Positions 29,644 through 41,072 of a DNA stretch of 64,000 nucleotides are shown one piece after another. The stretch is from Tetramitus jugosus (taxonomy: Eukaryota > Protista > Heterolobosea): assembly GCA_937625935.1 (NCBI GenBank), contig OW569363.1, positions 62,001-126,000 on the forward strand, read 5' to 3'. The position numbers were made by a program, and so were the translations under genes. Every line of letters begins with the position of its first letter. Within the stretch, counting starts at the first letter, position 1. The notes beneath the pieces were generated by a model that did not search any database, was not told the origin of the DNA, and was given only the letters and a program-made list of their open reading frames with translations.

Positions 29644-32600
29644 TTACAAGGCATTCAGGTACACCAGGGTATAATCTTTCTCAGTAGTAATGCGAAGAGG
29701 ATCTCCCTCAGCAATCTCTGTAGTAAACACATAACCACGGAGGAACTTGTCCGTTCGTTTCTCACCTTCCAGAGAATCGACGCACTCTGGTGACAGGAAC
29801 ATCTTCTTTCCATCGAAGTTCATCACCTCATACACAGTGGGACTCCTTCTCATAATAAAGACCAAGTCACCATTTTGTATATCCGACACCTTAACGCTTG
29901 AAAGATCATCATTTGGTGCATTTTGTGGAATCTTATTGGACAAGTACTCAGAAATGGTTTCCATGTTCGACAACATCTCCTGGATATATTCTGTGACAGC
30001 TTCCAAGTTATTCTCAAAAAGTTCTTGGTCAAGAGGTTTGCATGCATTGAACAGGGATTGTGTAACAACCAAAACGGAGTTTGCTAAGATCCTCATGATA
30101 TCAATGAGGTGATTCGCTTGGAGACTCTTGTCAACGAACTCCTCCTTTGTTTGCAAAGTATGGATAGTTTGTTGGGCCTGATCGACTTGATTGTTCAGGA
30201 ATCTACCGGCATCCATCAGAGCATCTTGCACTCTTTTAGTAATCGAGGCATGTTCTTGAGCAAACTGTAAATCTTGAGCAAGGGAATCTCTCTGGTTATT
30301 GACAGTCATTAACTCCTTTCTCAAGAGATCTATTGCGCTTCTCTGCTCTTTGTCTGAAGTTAGGAGTCTTAAGATATCAGAATTCTGTCTACTCAGATTA
30401 GTATCCTTTGCAATTATTTCCTCTTCTTTTTTCATAAATTCAGAATGAATACTGTGTTGCATTATAGACTGTTGTGCATTTAGACTTAGAATCTTTTCTG
30501 TGAGGTCCTTTATAGTAGCGAGGTTCAACTGTGCATCCCTTTTCATCTCCGCATTCTCTTTTTTCAAGTGGAAGATTTCAGATTCCAGAGAAACTGTTCG
30601 TTCGGATACGACCCCACTCGATTGAATTTGTTTCTTCAAGTGTTGGATCTCATCAAGAAGGTCTTGATTGGATTTTTTCTCCTTTGCTACTACCTTGTTC
30701 ATAGCAGTAGTAATTTCCTGTAAACCCTTGTTATCTTCATTCAATACATCTATCTGGTGCGTTTGTTCCTTGTCTTTCAATTCAAGGTCAGCAACCATTA
30801 ACTCCAAACGCGTGATGTGTTGCTCATACTTATTAACCAGCTCGGTATTTGTTTCCTTGCTTCCCTCCACAATGGAACGACACTTCTCCTCTATTTCAAC
30901 ATTGGCTTTCTCCTTTTCCTCGATAACTGTCTGGAGTTTTGCTTCTCTCCTCGCCAGGTCTTCATTTTGTTGTTCAAGGGCGGAAATTATGGAATCCTTC
31001 ATGTCCAAGTCATCTTCCAACTTTTTGATTTGTTCCAATAACATGTGATCAGATTGAGAAGTACCACGTGGTACTTGCGCATTCCTTTGACATTCATCTT
31101 CACTGTCTCCGGATGTTGTGCGTGGAGAAGTTCTGGTCTCAACGTCTTCAGTCTCAACTTTCTCCCACTCATCGTCTTCTACTACCTCGAATGGATTAGC
31201 AACCTTGGGCAAGCCATCATGTCTTGGCAAAGAAAAGTGCTCATAAGGAGGAAGTGCGATGGCTTCATCCAAGGAGAGTTTTGCAAAGAAGGGATACAGA
31301 CGATGGTTGCTACCATAGGATGGAATATTGTTACTCAGTTGATCCTGGAACTTTGATCTCTCTAACTTTTCATCCGAAATCAGGTTAGACAATAAATTAT
31401 AAAATTTGACAGTATGCTTGTCAATCTCATTGTAGAACTCTGATTGACGCAAAAGTTCCTGCTTTGCTTCGCGGTAGAGTGAAGGGAATTCGTAGTCACC
31501 CAACAAGTCGTTCATACTGCTCTCTAGCGCATTGTAATTCATGTTGGCTTGAACCGCTGTTTGCATAGAAGCAATCTTCCTATAGGGAGACAACAGAGAT
31601 AGAATTGTATCACTGAGGAGTGCTGTCTTGTTCGAGTAGAATCGAACATACTGTTCGTACATTTGATTCACTTGTTGAACCATGATAGACAACTCCATTG
31701 TTTGATTCTTATTCATAGCAGAACTCTTTTGAACAATTGATTGCAGGTGATCAATGTCAGTACTGGCAGAAATGCACGAGCCAACAATTAGTTGAACACT
31801 TCTCTCAGTGTCGTGCAGATAAGAAGCAATGACATTTTGGGTCACAGTGTTCAGGGTTGTCAAATAGGCAACCTTGGCTCTTATGGGAGCCTCAGCCGCA
31901 TCTAAAAACTGCTTCTCTCCTTGTGGATTACCATCATACAACTCTTGATTCACCAAATCGAGCAGTGTAGTTTCATCTCTACCGTCAATACAAGGAACCT
32001 TTTTCATTTCTTGAATCAGAGCATCTGTTCCATTCGGAACAACTTCATCCAAGAATTGCTTTAAAGTTTCCAGAGAGCGAGCCAAGTGTCTTGTTTTGTC
32101 AGTGTAGTCACGAGACGCATTTACAATGCTCTTGGACAAGGCTTGGAGAGCGAGTTGTCGATTCAATGTTTCCAACAGCACTGCTGATCGATTCTTGATG
32201 TCCGTGGAGTATCTCTTAAGCACTACCTCTTCATCATCTTCATTCTTATTGTACAGTTGAGTAGTTGGCACTTCTGGTAACCATGAAGTACACACACTCT
32301 TCTTGTTCTCTTTGTTCATCAGTGTTATCAAGCTCTGAGAACAGAACAAGTAAAAGGAGTAGGAGGTACAAGGATCGAGAAACATGTGATTCATCAACTT
32401 GTTGTTCTTCTGATCCTCATCTTCTTCCTTGATCTGATCTTTAGCTGCTTTCTCAAGGTCCTGTTGTTCTTGTTGTTTCTGGTCAACATCCATCGGCAAA
32501 TACAGAGCTAAAAAATTGTAAACGTCACTGCTTGTGCTACCTTCGAGAATAAAGGGCGCGAAGCTTGGTTTTTGTTGGGTGGAGAAGGAAGTGGTCATAT

Positions 32601-32724
32601 CGATCGGACCTTGGATCTGATGACTCTCCAGTTCACACTGTACCACTTGTTCAAAGGAAGAACGAGAATGACAAGTCTGGATCAATTGACCCAAGAAACC
32701 ATCATACAGATTGTATTTAAACAT
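29644..32724 (-). CDS. ATG11: ATG11/FIP200-like autophagy scaffold
   Basis: Long coiled coil plus C-terminal claw-like segment DIQNGDLVFI..YEVMN..MFLS..GYV..DPLRI..YTLV. Likely ATG is 32724. Confidence 0.65.
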   Translation of the reverse strand: MFKYNLYDGFLGQLIQTCHSRSSFEQVVQCELESHQIQGPIDMTTSFSTQQKPSFAPFILEGSTSSDVYNFLALYLPMDVDQKQQEQQDLEKAAKDQIKEEDEDQKNNKLMNHMFLDPCTSYSFYLFCSQSLITLMNKENKKSVCTSWLPEVPTTQLYNKNEDDEEVVLKRYSTDIKNRSAVLLETLNRQLALQALSKSIVNASRDYTDKTRHLARSLETLKQFLDEVVPNGTDALIQEMKKVPCIDGRDETTLLDLVNQELYDGNPQGEKQFLDAAEAPIRAKVAYLTTLNTVTQNVIASYLHDTERSVQLIVGSCISASTDIDHLQSIVQKSSAMNKNQTMELSIMVQQVNQMYEQYVRFYSNKTALLSDTILSLLSPYRKIASMQTAVQANMNYNALESSMNDLLGDYEFPSLYREAKQELLRQSEFYNEIDKHTVKFYNLLSNLISDEKLERSKFQDQLSNNIPSYGSNHRLYPFFAKLSLDEAIALPPYEHFSLPRHDGLPKVANPFEVVEDDEWEKVETEDVETRTSPRTTSGDSEDECQRNAQVPRGTSQSDHMLLEQIKKLEDDLDMKDSIISALEQQNEDLARREAKLQTVIEEKEKANVEIEEKCRSIVEGSKETNTELVNKYEQHITRLELMVADLELKDKEQTHQIDVLNEDNKGLQEITTAMNKVVAKEKKSNQDLLDEIQHLKKQIQSSGVVSERTVSLESEIFHLKKENAEMKRDAQLNLATIKDLTEKILSLNAQQSIMQHSIHSEFMKKEEEIIAKDTNLSRQNSDILRLLTSDKEQRSAIDLLRKELMTVNNQRDSLAQDLQFAQEHASITKRVQDALMDAGRFLNNQVDQAQQTIHTLQTKEEFVDKSLQANHLIDIMRILANSVLVVTQSLFNACKPLDQELFENNLEAVTEYIQEMLSNMETISEYLSNKIPQNAPNDDLSSVKVSDIQNGDLVFIMRRSPTVYEVMNFDGKKMFLSPECVDSLEGEKRTDKFLRGYVFTTEIAEGDPLRITTEKDYTLVYLNAL

Positions 32725-33371
32725 TGTATTGTGCGATACGATATGGAAGGTGTGATCTGTTGTAACTTTCGGGTTAGTTTCCAGTCGTACTCGCTTCTGT
32801 GTGCTGTTTTGTTGTTTTTCGATCCAACAGGTCTGTGTGATTGTGTGACAGAACTTTTTGGTTCGGGACGACAACCTCAAAAAAACATCACATTGGCTTT
32901 TCTGCAGCGGAAACTGTGATTTGGTTGAACTTTTCTGCTTAAATTTCTCCGTGCGTTGTATTCATTCATCGACATGTTTCACAGATGATACCTTTTCATC
33001 AAATGATCATCGTTCCACCAGAATTACACCTAGATCGTGAGGTGAGAATAGAATATGCAACATCGATTGTGGTCGAGCGGTAAGCTATATGATGTTTGCC
33101 CGAATCTTGTGTTGGTTCATCTGATAAGAAGATTCATTGACCCGAATACACATGCCATCGACACAACTACCGTAGATGATGACATATTGCGCCAAAACTT
33201 CAAAAAAACGCATCCAATTGTCCTGTCAACGTTCCATTTCTCCTTTGGTCAGCAAAGCGGCGAAAAATGAATTTCCCCAGAAGTACTTACTGTTGCTTCA
33301 TCATCCATCGTTTGCGTCATGTTCCCTCAACGCTCAACAAAAAGCCAACAAAAACAACAAAATCAACAACT

Positions 33372-33410
33372 TTAGCTTCGACTACCACTACCACTCTTAG
33401 CTTCGACTAC
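33372..33410 (+). repeat. Short direct repeat (TTAGCTTCGACTAC x2, 25-bp period)
   Basis: Copies at 33372-33385 and 33397-33410, in the GMC gene leader. Confidence 0.8.
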
Positions 33411-33454
33411 TACCACAACTAGTACTCTTCTTCACAACAACAACACGTACATCG

Positions 33455-35419
33455 ATGCTCACCAATTGCAAGACCATCACCGTGATTCTCTCCCTTGTCA
33501 TTCTCTTCTTTTCATGGCTGTTTCTAGAACTCACTGCACCCATCTCTCGTGACAGAGTCTCTCACTATGCTTACAACAACAATGCAACGGCCACTGCACT
33601 CAAAAAAAGTTTTGATTTTATTGTTGTGGGCAGTGGAACGAGTGGCAGTGTTCTCTCTCATCGAATTTCAAGTAATTCTCGTGAGAGTGTCCTATTGTTG
33701 GAGGCTGGAGGACCTGATGATGCACCAGAGATTAAAAATCCACCTTCTTTTATGAAGTTGTTTGGTAATGAAAAGTATGATTGGAATTTGCATACGGTAG
33801 AGCAAGAGCATCTCAATGGTAGACGATTGTTTTGGCCCAGGGGAAAAGTATTGGGTGGATGCAGCAGTATTAATGCAATGATTTATCAGAGGGGAAATGC
33901 AGCTGATTATGACGAGTGGGAACAAAAGTTGGGATTGAAGGGTTGGAACTATAGGGATATGTTGAAGTGTATGTTTTTGTTTTTTTTCTATGTTTTGATA
34001 TGTGTGCACATGTGTGTGGTTGTTGTGTGTTCTTCTTACACAATTGTTGTTTAATTGTTGTTGTTTGTTCTCATGTGTGTTATGTATGTATGTATGATAT
34101 GTGCATGAAATGTGTGTGTGTGTAATGTAGATTTTAGAAAGTCCATTTCACAGTCGAATGAAGAACTCGATCAAAAGTATCATGGATATGATGGAAGATG
34201 GAGAATTTCAAATTTGATTCATCCTCATAAGCTCAGTCTTGCCATTATTGAGAGTGTGCACAAATCTCAGGGCCTTCCCATCAACAATGATGCCAACGGA
34301 GAGCATCAGATTGGAATTGGACTCAATCAGGTGAATATGGACAGTTTGGGTCGAAGACATTCGCTGTCTGATGCCTTTTTGGACAATGAGACATTGAAGC
34401 GCAAGAATCTCTATGTTCGATTACACTCTCAAGTGCTCAGATTGATTATTGATCCAAGTACGAAGAAGGCGATTGGAGTAGAGTACATGGACGCGAAAAC
34501 AAAGGAAAAGTACATTGCATACGCATCAAAGGAAGTGATCTTGGCCGCTGGTGCCGTTCACTCTCCTCACATATTGTTCATGTCGGGCATTGGTCCCGAA
34601 GACGTATTGAAACAATATAATATACCTGTTGTTCAGCACTTGCCTGGTGTGGGTCAGAACTTGCTGGATCATCTTCAATCCGGAGCCATGTTCCGGTTGA
34701 AACCAGAGTATAGACACATGTCACTCGAAGAAGAACAAGGATTGTTGCAGGTGTCGGATTGGTTAGTGAACGGAAAGGGACCATTGACGTCCAATGGTGG
34801 AGAAGTCAACGGCTATTTTGTCTCAGAGTACTCTGAGGATCCAAACTTGCCTGATTTGCAATATCTTGGTATACCGGGATTCTATGTGGATCATGCCAAG
34901 AGACTAACTAGAATGAAGAATCCAGAGGGTTCCTTCTCTCTACAAACAATTCTATTGAGACCGAAATCTGTTGGATACATCACAATCAACTCAAGTGATC
35001 CACTGGCACCTCCCGTCATTCAACCAAACTATTTTATGCATGATAACGATCGGTTGACTTTGATTGAAGGTTTCAAACATATCCGAAAAGCCACAGCCAC
35101 AGAACCATTCGTAAAATATATCGAAAAGGAATTGTTCCCTGGCGCTAATGTCACCACAGATGAACAGATATCGGAGAGTGTGAAGGAGCTGGTAGAAACC
35201 TTGTATCATCCTGTTGGTACCTGTAAGATGGGTCATGAAGATGATCCTATGGCTGTTGTCAATTCACATTTACAAGTGTTCGGCATTCAAAATTTGAGAG
35301 TAGTTGATGCCAGTATTATGCCAACTATACCTCGAGGCAATACAAATGCACCTGTTGCAGCTATCGCCGAGAAAGCATACGAAGATTTTATTAAGAAGGA
35401 CCATTATCTGTCCTATTGA
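33455..35419 (+). CDS. GMC oxidoreductase (choline/glucose dehydrogenase-like) with N-terminal membrane anchor; 2 exons 33455-33968 and 34131-35419
   Basis: DFIVVGSGTSG, RGKVLGGCSSIN, GVGQNLLDH, YHPVGTCKMG and NLRVVDASIMP..GNTNAP. The GTATGT..GTAG intron gives MLKYFRKS. Confidence 0.93.
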
Positions 35420-35543
35420 GCAACGATACTGTACAACGAAAACCTACCTAAATTTTGAAAAGTATGTATGGAATGTTCAGGACTCTCTCCTTTAGAGGAG
35501 TTGGTCTATTTATTGCGTTCAGTTTCGGGTATTGAACGACAGG

Positions 35544-36788
35544 CTACGAAGAAGTACTTATGTCTCCAATAAAACATTGATTGGTGAACTTGTGACGGAA
35601 GGATACGGGATGAACTGTATCTCCTTTCAGTTCATAAACGATGTGATAATCAGGATGTGTTTGCATTAGAACTTGCATTGATTCAGCCTCAAACAGCTTG
35701 TGACAGGTACGAGACTTATCTTCATCGAACAACAATCGATCCAATTGGACATCATAAACTATGACACTCACGACGAGCTCTGAGTGGTGAAGAAATGGTT
35801 GCACGATCGTCAAGTTTTCACCAAGCTCAATATGTTTTCCGAGTTCTAGCAAGGTTTGCAATGTGTCAACATCCAATCCAAAATGCACACACCGCTCCAA
35901 GCCAGGAAACATATCGATGACTATACCAATACACTGTTTAGTTACAGCATTCCAGTTGGGCGAATCACTCAGTTTCTTGTTGGACAACATGAGGTTGAGT
36001 GTGGATTTCTTCTGCTTCGTTTTGTTTAACTTGTCATGAACAGTGAGTCCATCAAGCGAGTAAGCTGTAATACCTTGCATTTCTTCAACAATTTTGTTCT
36101 TCCACGTGGTTAATCGATTCAATAGGTTCATGCATTCAGGGTCTCTCTTCATAAACAGCTCCAGATCTGGACAAGTTTGGGCCACTTGATTCTTTGTCCA
36201 TACTTCCACATGATCTGTCATCAAACAATAGGTCTGAGCCAATTGAAACGCCACAGATTTGCATCCTTCAATATCCATACAAGACTGCACTGACGAGTGA
36301 TCAAAGTCAATCATGGCCACGACTCGCACATACTCGGACAACGAATGAGACTGCAATGCTAATTTCACAACAGATCTCAGATCAGAACGCGACACTCTGG
36401 AAAGAACAGATCGTACTGCTCTCACTACTTTGAGAATAATGACACGTTCCACTGATCTCTCGATCGGATTCACCGATTGAAACAACGCAGATTGTTCATG
36501 CAAACCAAATGTGAACAAGAGGGAATTGTTTAGCTCGTCAATCAGTCCTTTGAGGCACTCACGAACCACACGTGTTTTTTCGTCCAACACCATAACATTT
36601 CTGTTCTGAGCCTTGTGGTAATTGCAGAATCGAAGACAAAGATGTCTATCGGGCAATAAACTGGTCAACTGATTCCAATTATGAGGATAGGGAAACAGGT
36701 ACACTACATCGACATCTAAACTGTTTTCACTGCCATGTCTAATCAATGGATATTGCTCCCATTCTTCAGGTATGTTGACATCATCCAT
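35544..36788 (-). CDS. Putative Pol-beta-superfamily nucleotidyltransferase
   Basis: N-terminal HGSENSLDVDVVY (hGS..DxD), followed by a helical region. Confidence 0.5.
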   Translation of the reverse strand: MDDVNIPEEWEQYPLIRHGSENSLDVDVVYLFPYPHNWNQLTSLLPDRHLCLRFCNYHKAQNRNVMVLDEKTRVVRECLKGLIDELNNSLLFTFGLHEQSALFQSVNPIERSVERVIILKVVRAVRSVLSRVSRSDLRSVVKLALQSHSLSEYVRVVAMIDFDHSSVQSCMDIEGCKSVAFQLAQTYCLMTDHVEVWTKNQVAQTCPDLELFMKRDPECMNLLNRLTTWKNKIVEEMQGITAYSLDGLTVHDKLNKTKQKKSTLNLMLSNKKLSDSPNWNAVTKQCIGIVIDMFPGLERCVHFGLDVDTLQTLLELGKHIELGENLTIVQPFLHHSELVVSVIVYDVQLDRLLFDEDKSRTCHKLFEAESMQVLMQTHPDYHIVYELKGDTVHPVSFRHKFTNQCFIGDISTSS

Positions 36789-36888
36789 CTTTCACACAAG
36801 AAGATCAGTTGTTTTGTTTTTTGTTTCGAGTTCCAAAAATCAGTGCAACATTGAAAAAGAACTGTGTTGTTTATATGATGTTTATGCA

Positions 36889-37581
36889 TTAATAAGAAAA
36901 CGTTGCATTTTCTTCTTTTCGCGACAGAGCGTGCTCATACTCTAGAATAGGTCCTTTGGTAATGTCAGTGTTCACCTCCAGTGACACTCCCTCACCTCTC
37001 ATGAGCTGAACAGCCAATTGAATGGCAGGCAAGTAAGATTTTTCTTCATTCTCACTGCTCTGTTCAGATCCTTCTTCATTCACGTACACGATCGCTGCAC
37101 GCATCTTTTGTGCCAATTCATGAACCATTGTGTCAATAGTTGTGATTGGCGCTGTTGTAGCTTGAGAGCTACTGGCAGTTGCCATTGCTTCTCTGTAACC
37201 AGTTCCCACCAAGATTGGATAGTAGTGTGTGTGATTGGCATTGACGCCCTCAAACCACGAAATCACATTTTTGATCGTAGATGGCGCGATCAGCGAAAAA
37301 ACAAAGAAAATGGCGCGCGATTTGGAGCTGAGAAATTTCATGATGGAGGGCTCATGAAAGCGCGGTTCTTGATCAACGGTCCATGTCTCCAACGAGCACT
37401 TTTCCATCATGCAATTTTGACAATGGTACAGCAGTTTGTCGCCCTTGACGGATTTCCCGCCAAAAATGGCAATTTTGTAAATTGGACCAGATAACTCTTC
37501 TTCTTCCTCTTGGTTGTTGTTATCTTCTTCTTGATCACTAATCTCGTCTTCGTATTCACTATCGTGGTCCGATGCTGACAT
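36889..37581 (-). CDS. Degenerate Spg1/Tem1-like small GTPase-fold protein
   Basis: KIAIFG, AIFFVFSL..STIKNVISWF and PILVGTGY resemble Spg1/Tem1, but G1, G3 and G4 are altered. Confidence 0.55.
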   Translation of the reverse strand: MSASDHDSEYEDEISDQEEDNNNQEEEEELSGPIYKIAIFGGKSVKGDKLLYHCQNCMMEKCSLETWTVDQEPRFHEPSIMKFLSSKSRAIFFVFSLIAPSTIKNVISWFEGVNANHTHYYPILVGTGYREAMATASSSQATTAPITTIDTMVHELAQKMRAAIVYVNEEGSEQSSENEEKSYLPAIQLAVQLMRGEGVSLEVNTDITKGPILEYEHALSRKEENATFSY

Positions 37582-37680
37582 CTTCTTCTTGTTGTTTGTT
37601 TTTTGATGGCGGTGTTTTTGTTCGCTGTTTTGCTGGAAGTGAAAAATTTCAAAAAGAAATTATGATAATCTCAGATGAGT

Positions 37681-38383
37681 TTAATGGTTGGCAATTGCCA
37701 CAGGCGTAGCAGCTTCTGTTTGTGCTTCCTGAACCTGATCAGTGAATACCACTTCTTTCGCGCCTTGAATTTCTTCAGTCTGTGCTTTTGTCGTCAACGG
37801 TGCTTCACGACCGCTTTGGAAAGAAAACTTGACATCAGCGCACAGTCTCTCATCCATTTCCTGTGTTGGCGGAACTTTTCCAGGCACAGCACGATAATAA
37901 AACAACACAAGTGTCGCCTCATAATTTCCATCATACTCGACATGCAAAGGCTTTGAAACCTCAAGCTTCACCATGCTCGAATTCTCCTCCTCTGCGCTCA
38001 CAACCTCCAAATCCGTAAAATTACCCCGATACCGTATTTTTGCTCCCGTTGATTCGTGCCACAGCTCCAACTTGTACAACAAGCGTTCTCTGTCCAATTT
38101 TTCCACTTGTTCACTCTCGAGTTTTGCTGTAAATTTTATGGCGGGAACTTTATCGGCCCGATCGACAAAAGTAATGGATGCGCTTTGAATGACTACGCCG
38201 CCTTCATCCATCAGTAATGGACCATAACAGTGCTTCCACTTGTTAGATGAATCACCTGGTTTTGTTGCTCTTGGTTTTGCGAGTGGTACAAAAAACTGAA
38301 CATGTGAGGAATAGAAAGATGGTGAAAAAGATGAGAAGCGATGACCGATATTGGTGATTGTGCTGTTGTTGTTGTTGATGCAT
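37681..38383 (-). CDS. Secreted protein, possibly ML/NPC2-like lipid-binding fold; 2 exons with 34-nt intron 38256-38289
   Basis: ATG 38383, signal peptide LLIFFTIFLFLTCSVFC. Removing GTACC..ACCAG joins it in frame to KWKHCYG..VVIQSASITF...LCADVKFSF. Confidence 0.55.
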
Positions 38384-38583
38384 TTTTGTTGTTTTGTTGT
38401 GTTGGTTTTTTGATGGAAGCTTTTTGATTTTTTCGAAAATAGCTTTATTTGCTTTTCACCGAATCGCCTTGAAGAAACACGTGTGTTTCATCGGAGACAT
38501 GTGTCCAAAAGGTATGCATCTTTTTGTTTCCATGTCTGATATCTTCCATATTTGAAGTTCTTGTTCTTTGGGGATCAATTTTC

Positions 38584-39972
38584 TCAGCTACTTCCGTCGG
38601 AAGTGGATTCGCCCTTGGTGATCGCATCAGTGCCAGTCGACTTGTCAGTCTTCAAGAGCCAACTATACAAGACAAACTGAAACAGAATACTCAAATCCAT
38701 GGTGAATACCAAGAAGGCTCCCACGATCCACGGTAATTGAACCATTAGATAATTGTAATACTGGGAATAGAGAAGAATACTCACAGCATACGTCAAATTA
38801 CCCATGAAAGCAGAATAAAAGAGCAATGGAGCCAATCCTTCGCATGACCGACGCTTCATGTTCGTCCAGAACTGAGGTATTCTCGATGAAAAGTAGAATA
38901 AACTTGCCAAGCAACCGACAATGTAACCAAAGATGGACAGTGGACTCTTTGGTGGAAATTCATAGTTCCAAGCATCTTCGTCTCGTTGTTCGTCCATGAT
39001 GGCCAACAAGTGTCTTCCCATGCTTCTCCGAGCAACCAACTGCGTAACACTTCCGTTCATCACTCTTGTTTCACCTCTCTCAGCGAGTAACATCACCAGG
39101 AGACCTGCACCGACAAACACGGCCAAGTACAGCGCTGAGAACAAACGAATCTTGCTCTTCCAGCTGCCACTACTCGTGCCCCTCTCGATTCCATCATCAA
39201 CTTCGCTGTATACCATCATTCCACCACTGCTCTTATTATTCTGACCATTAAGTTCATCCACATGTGTCGAAGCATAATCAGGAGAATGACTACGATGATC
39301 CATGGCTAATAAGTTAGTTGTCGATGATGATGATGGTATCTCTGCATCCACTACCACCTCCATCGTCCCACCACCATCATCATCATCATCACCATCACCG
39401 TCATGATAAACTCGCTCCGGTGTCAACAATTCCTTTATATTATTGTTATTGTTCTTGTCTTTGTCAGCAAGCAACGCACCATATAATCTCCTCCTTCGTC
39501 CCCACACGTGATAATACAAGTATTGACTCATCATCAACGAATCCATCGCTACATAATAAATTCCAGCAATCGTCTGAGTCACCAAACTACCAATCACAAT
39601 CACACCCAACAAATTAAACAAATCACCGAGGAACCACTGAACAAGCATATTGAACGTTAATCCTGACTGTTTCCGCCGATAATTCTCCATGACTTGAGGT
39701 ATATAGGATATGAACCAGAATGCGAGACTAATGATACCAATGTAGAAACTGGCTTGTTCAGACGGTGTTCTCACACACTCACCAAGCACCTTTTCAATCC
39801 AAATCACCTTGTGATAACCCTTGACAATGGGAGAACATGCTGTAAAATTTTTTGGTGGGGCACTATGGTTGTTGAACAGTGAGTATTGATCCAGAGATGA
39901 TGATGATGATAGCAGCAGAGACGATGATGCAATGGTGCCCACCATGTAACGTAACGGAGGATACGTGTTCAT
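38584..39972 (-). CDS. PQ-loop lysosomal/vacuolar amino acid transporter (PQLC2/Ypq-like)
   Basis: SYIPQVMENY..QWFLGDLFNL and SRIPQFWTN..GLAPLLF..GNLTY..LPWIVG. Confidence 0.9.
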   Translation of the reverse strand: MNTYPPLRYMVGTIASSSLLLSSSSSLDQYSLFNNHSAPPKNFTACSPIVKGYHKVIWIEKVLGECVRTPSEQASFYIGIISLAFWFISYIPQVMENYRRKQSGLTFNMLVQWFLGDLFNLLGVIVIGSLVTQTIAGIYYVAMDSLMMSQYLYYHVWGRRRRLYGALLADKDKNNNNNIKELLTPERVYHDGDGDDDDDGGGTMEVVVDAEIPSSSSTTNLLAMDHRSHSPDYASTHVDELNGQNNKSSGGMMVYSEVDDGIERGTSSGSWKSKIRLFSALYLAVFVGAGLLVMLLAERGETRVMNGSVTQLVARRSMGRHLLAIMDEQRDEDAWNYEFPPKSPLSIFGYIVGCLASLFYFSSRIPQFWTNMKRRSCEGLAPLLFYSAFMGNLTYAVSILLYSQYYNYLMVQLPWIVGAFLVFTMDLSILFQFVLYSWLLKTDKSTGTDAITKGESTSDGSS

Positions 39973-40322
39973 TGTGTTGTTGTTGTTGTTGCTTATTTCT
40001 TGTCGTTGTTCTCACACAAGGAATGTGTTGTGATAAGTGGTGAGGTGGGTGTTTGTCTCCTATTGGTTTGTTTCAAAGAGGGGCGCTGGTGAGGAGAACA
40101 CTTTTCTCAGTGGTTGTTCGGATTCTTTCAGGGGGACATCATGGTGGGCTCCACTTTCGGGTTAGAATTGACGATGTCGCTGTAATTCAAGCGAATTGCA
40201 CGCGGGAATATCCAAGAAAAGTGTGGAAAGAGAATAGGGGAGCTCATTGTTTCTAAATGTACACGGACACGAGATATGTTTTATTTCTCTATCTGAAGAC
40301 ACAAAAGCGAAGCTCTAGTTGA

Positions 40323-40820
40323 TTATTCTTGAAAATCAATCGAAATCTTCCTTCGAACTGGCTTTGGTTGTTCCTTGGGTATCAATAGCTTGAGCACACC
40401 ATCTTTCATTTGAGCTTTGATGTGTTCAAGCTTAATGTGATCTGGAAATTGGAAAGCTCTCTCAAATTTTCCAAACGACCGTTCAGCACAGTGATACTTG
40501 ATATTATTCTTCTCAATCGTTTCACTCGTTTCCTCTGGTTTGTACTCTCCACTGAGTGTCAAGATGTTGCCTTCGTGAATCTCCAGTTGAACTTGATCTT
40601 TGGAGAGTCCTGGTACCTCTGCTACGAGTTCAATCTGATTGTTGAACTCCTTGATGTCTACAGCAAGAGATCTTGGGCCTTTGTGTGCTGAAGGGAAAGG
40701 TGAGTGTTGTGCAACTTCTTGTGACAGTAGCTTTTCCAAATTCACTTGGTTGAAGATGGATCTGTGAGAAGGATGGAGATACTTGGATAGGTGCTTTCTA
40801 AGTGCTGCAGAGGAAGCCAT
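40323..40820 (-). CDS. Small heat shock protein (Hsp20/alpha-crystallin domain)
   Basis: VDIKE..AEVPGL, ERSFGKFERAFQFP and KDGVLKLLIPK, with C-terminal IxI (ISI). Confidence 0.93.
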   Translation of the reverse strand: MASSAALRKHLSKYLHPSHRSIFNQVNLEKLLSQEVAQHSPFPSAHKGPRSLAVDIKEFNNQIELVAEVPGLSKDQVQLEIHEGNILTLSGEYKPEETSETIEKNNIKYHCAERSFGKFERAFQFPDHIKLEHIKAQMKDGVLKLLIPKEQPKPVRRKISIDFQE

Positions 40821-41072
40821 TTTGTTGTTCTATAGACTTTATGAATAACTTATTACTTTATACAGATAGGTATTGTGGTGTTTGGTTCCGGAACTGTTCT
40901 GTTTAGTTTAAATACTTAGGGGAGAAGTTTACGCGTGAGTTTATGCGTTCGGAAATTTGACCACAATTCCTGCGCAGGAATTCAATAGGAATTGAAATTA
41001 CTCCGTATTGTTGTAACTTGCCATTTTATTTCATTTTACTATACAATTTGTTCTTCTACTTGAAGAATGAGC

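Noticed and set aside
33067-33125. GTGGTCGAGCGGTAAG (tRNA A-box-like) and ATGATG...CTGA (C/D-box-like)
   Set aside because: No T arm or B box and no cloverleaf; box C is imperfect and the spacing is too short for a snoRNA.
40885-40899. gTTCcgGAAc heat-shock-element-like site upstream of the Hsp20 gene
   Set aside because: Only two correctly phased nGAAn units, and it probably lies in the 5' UTR.
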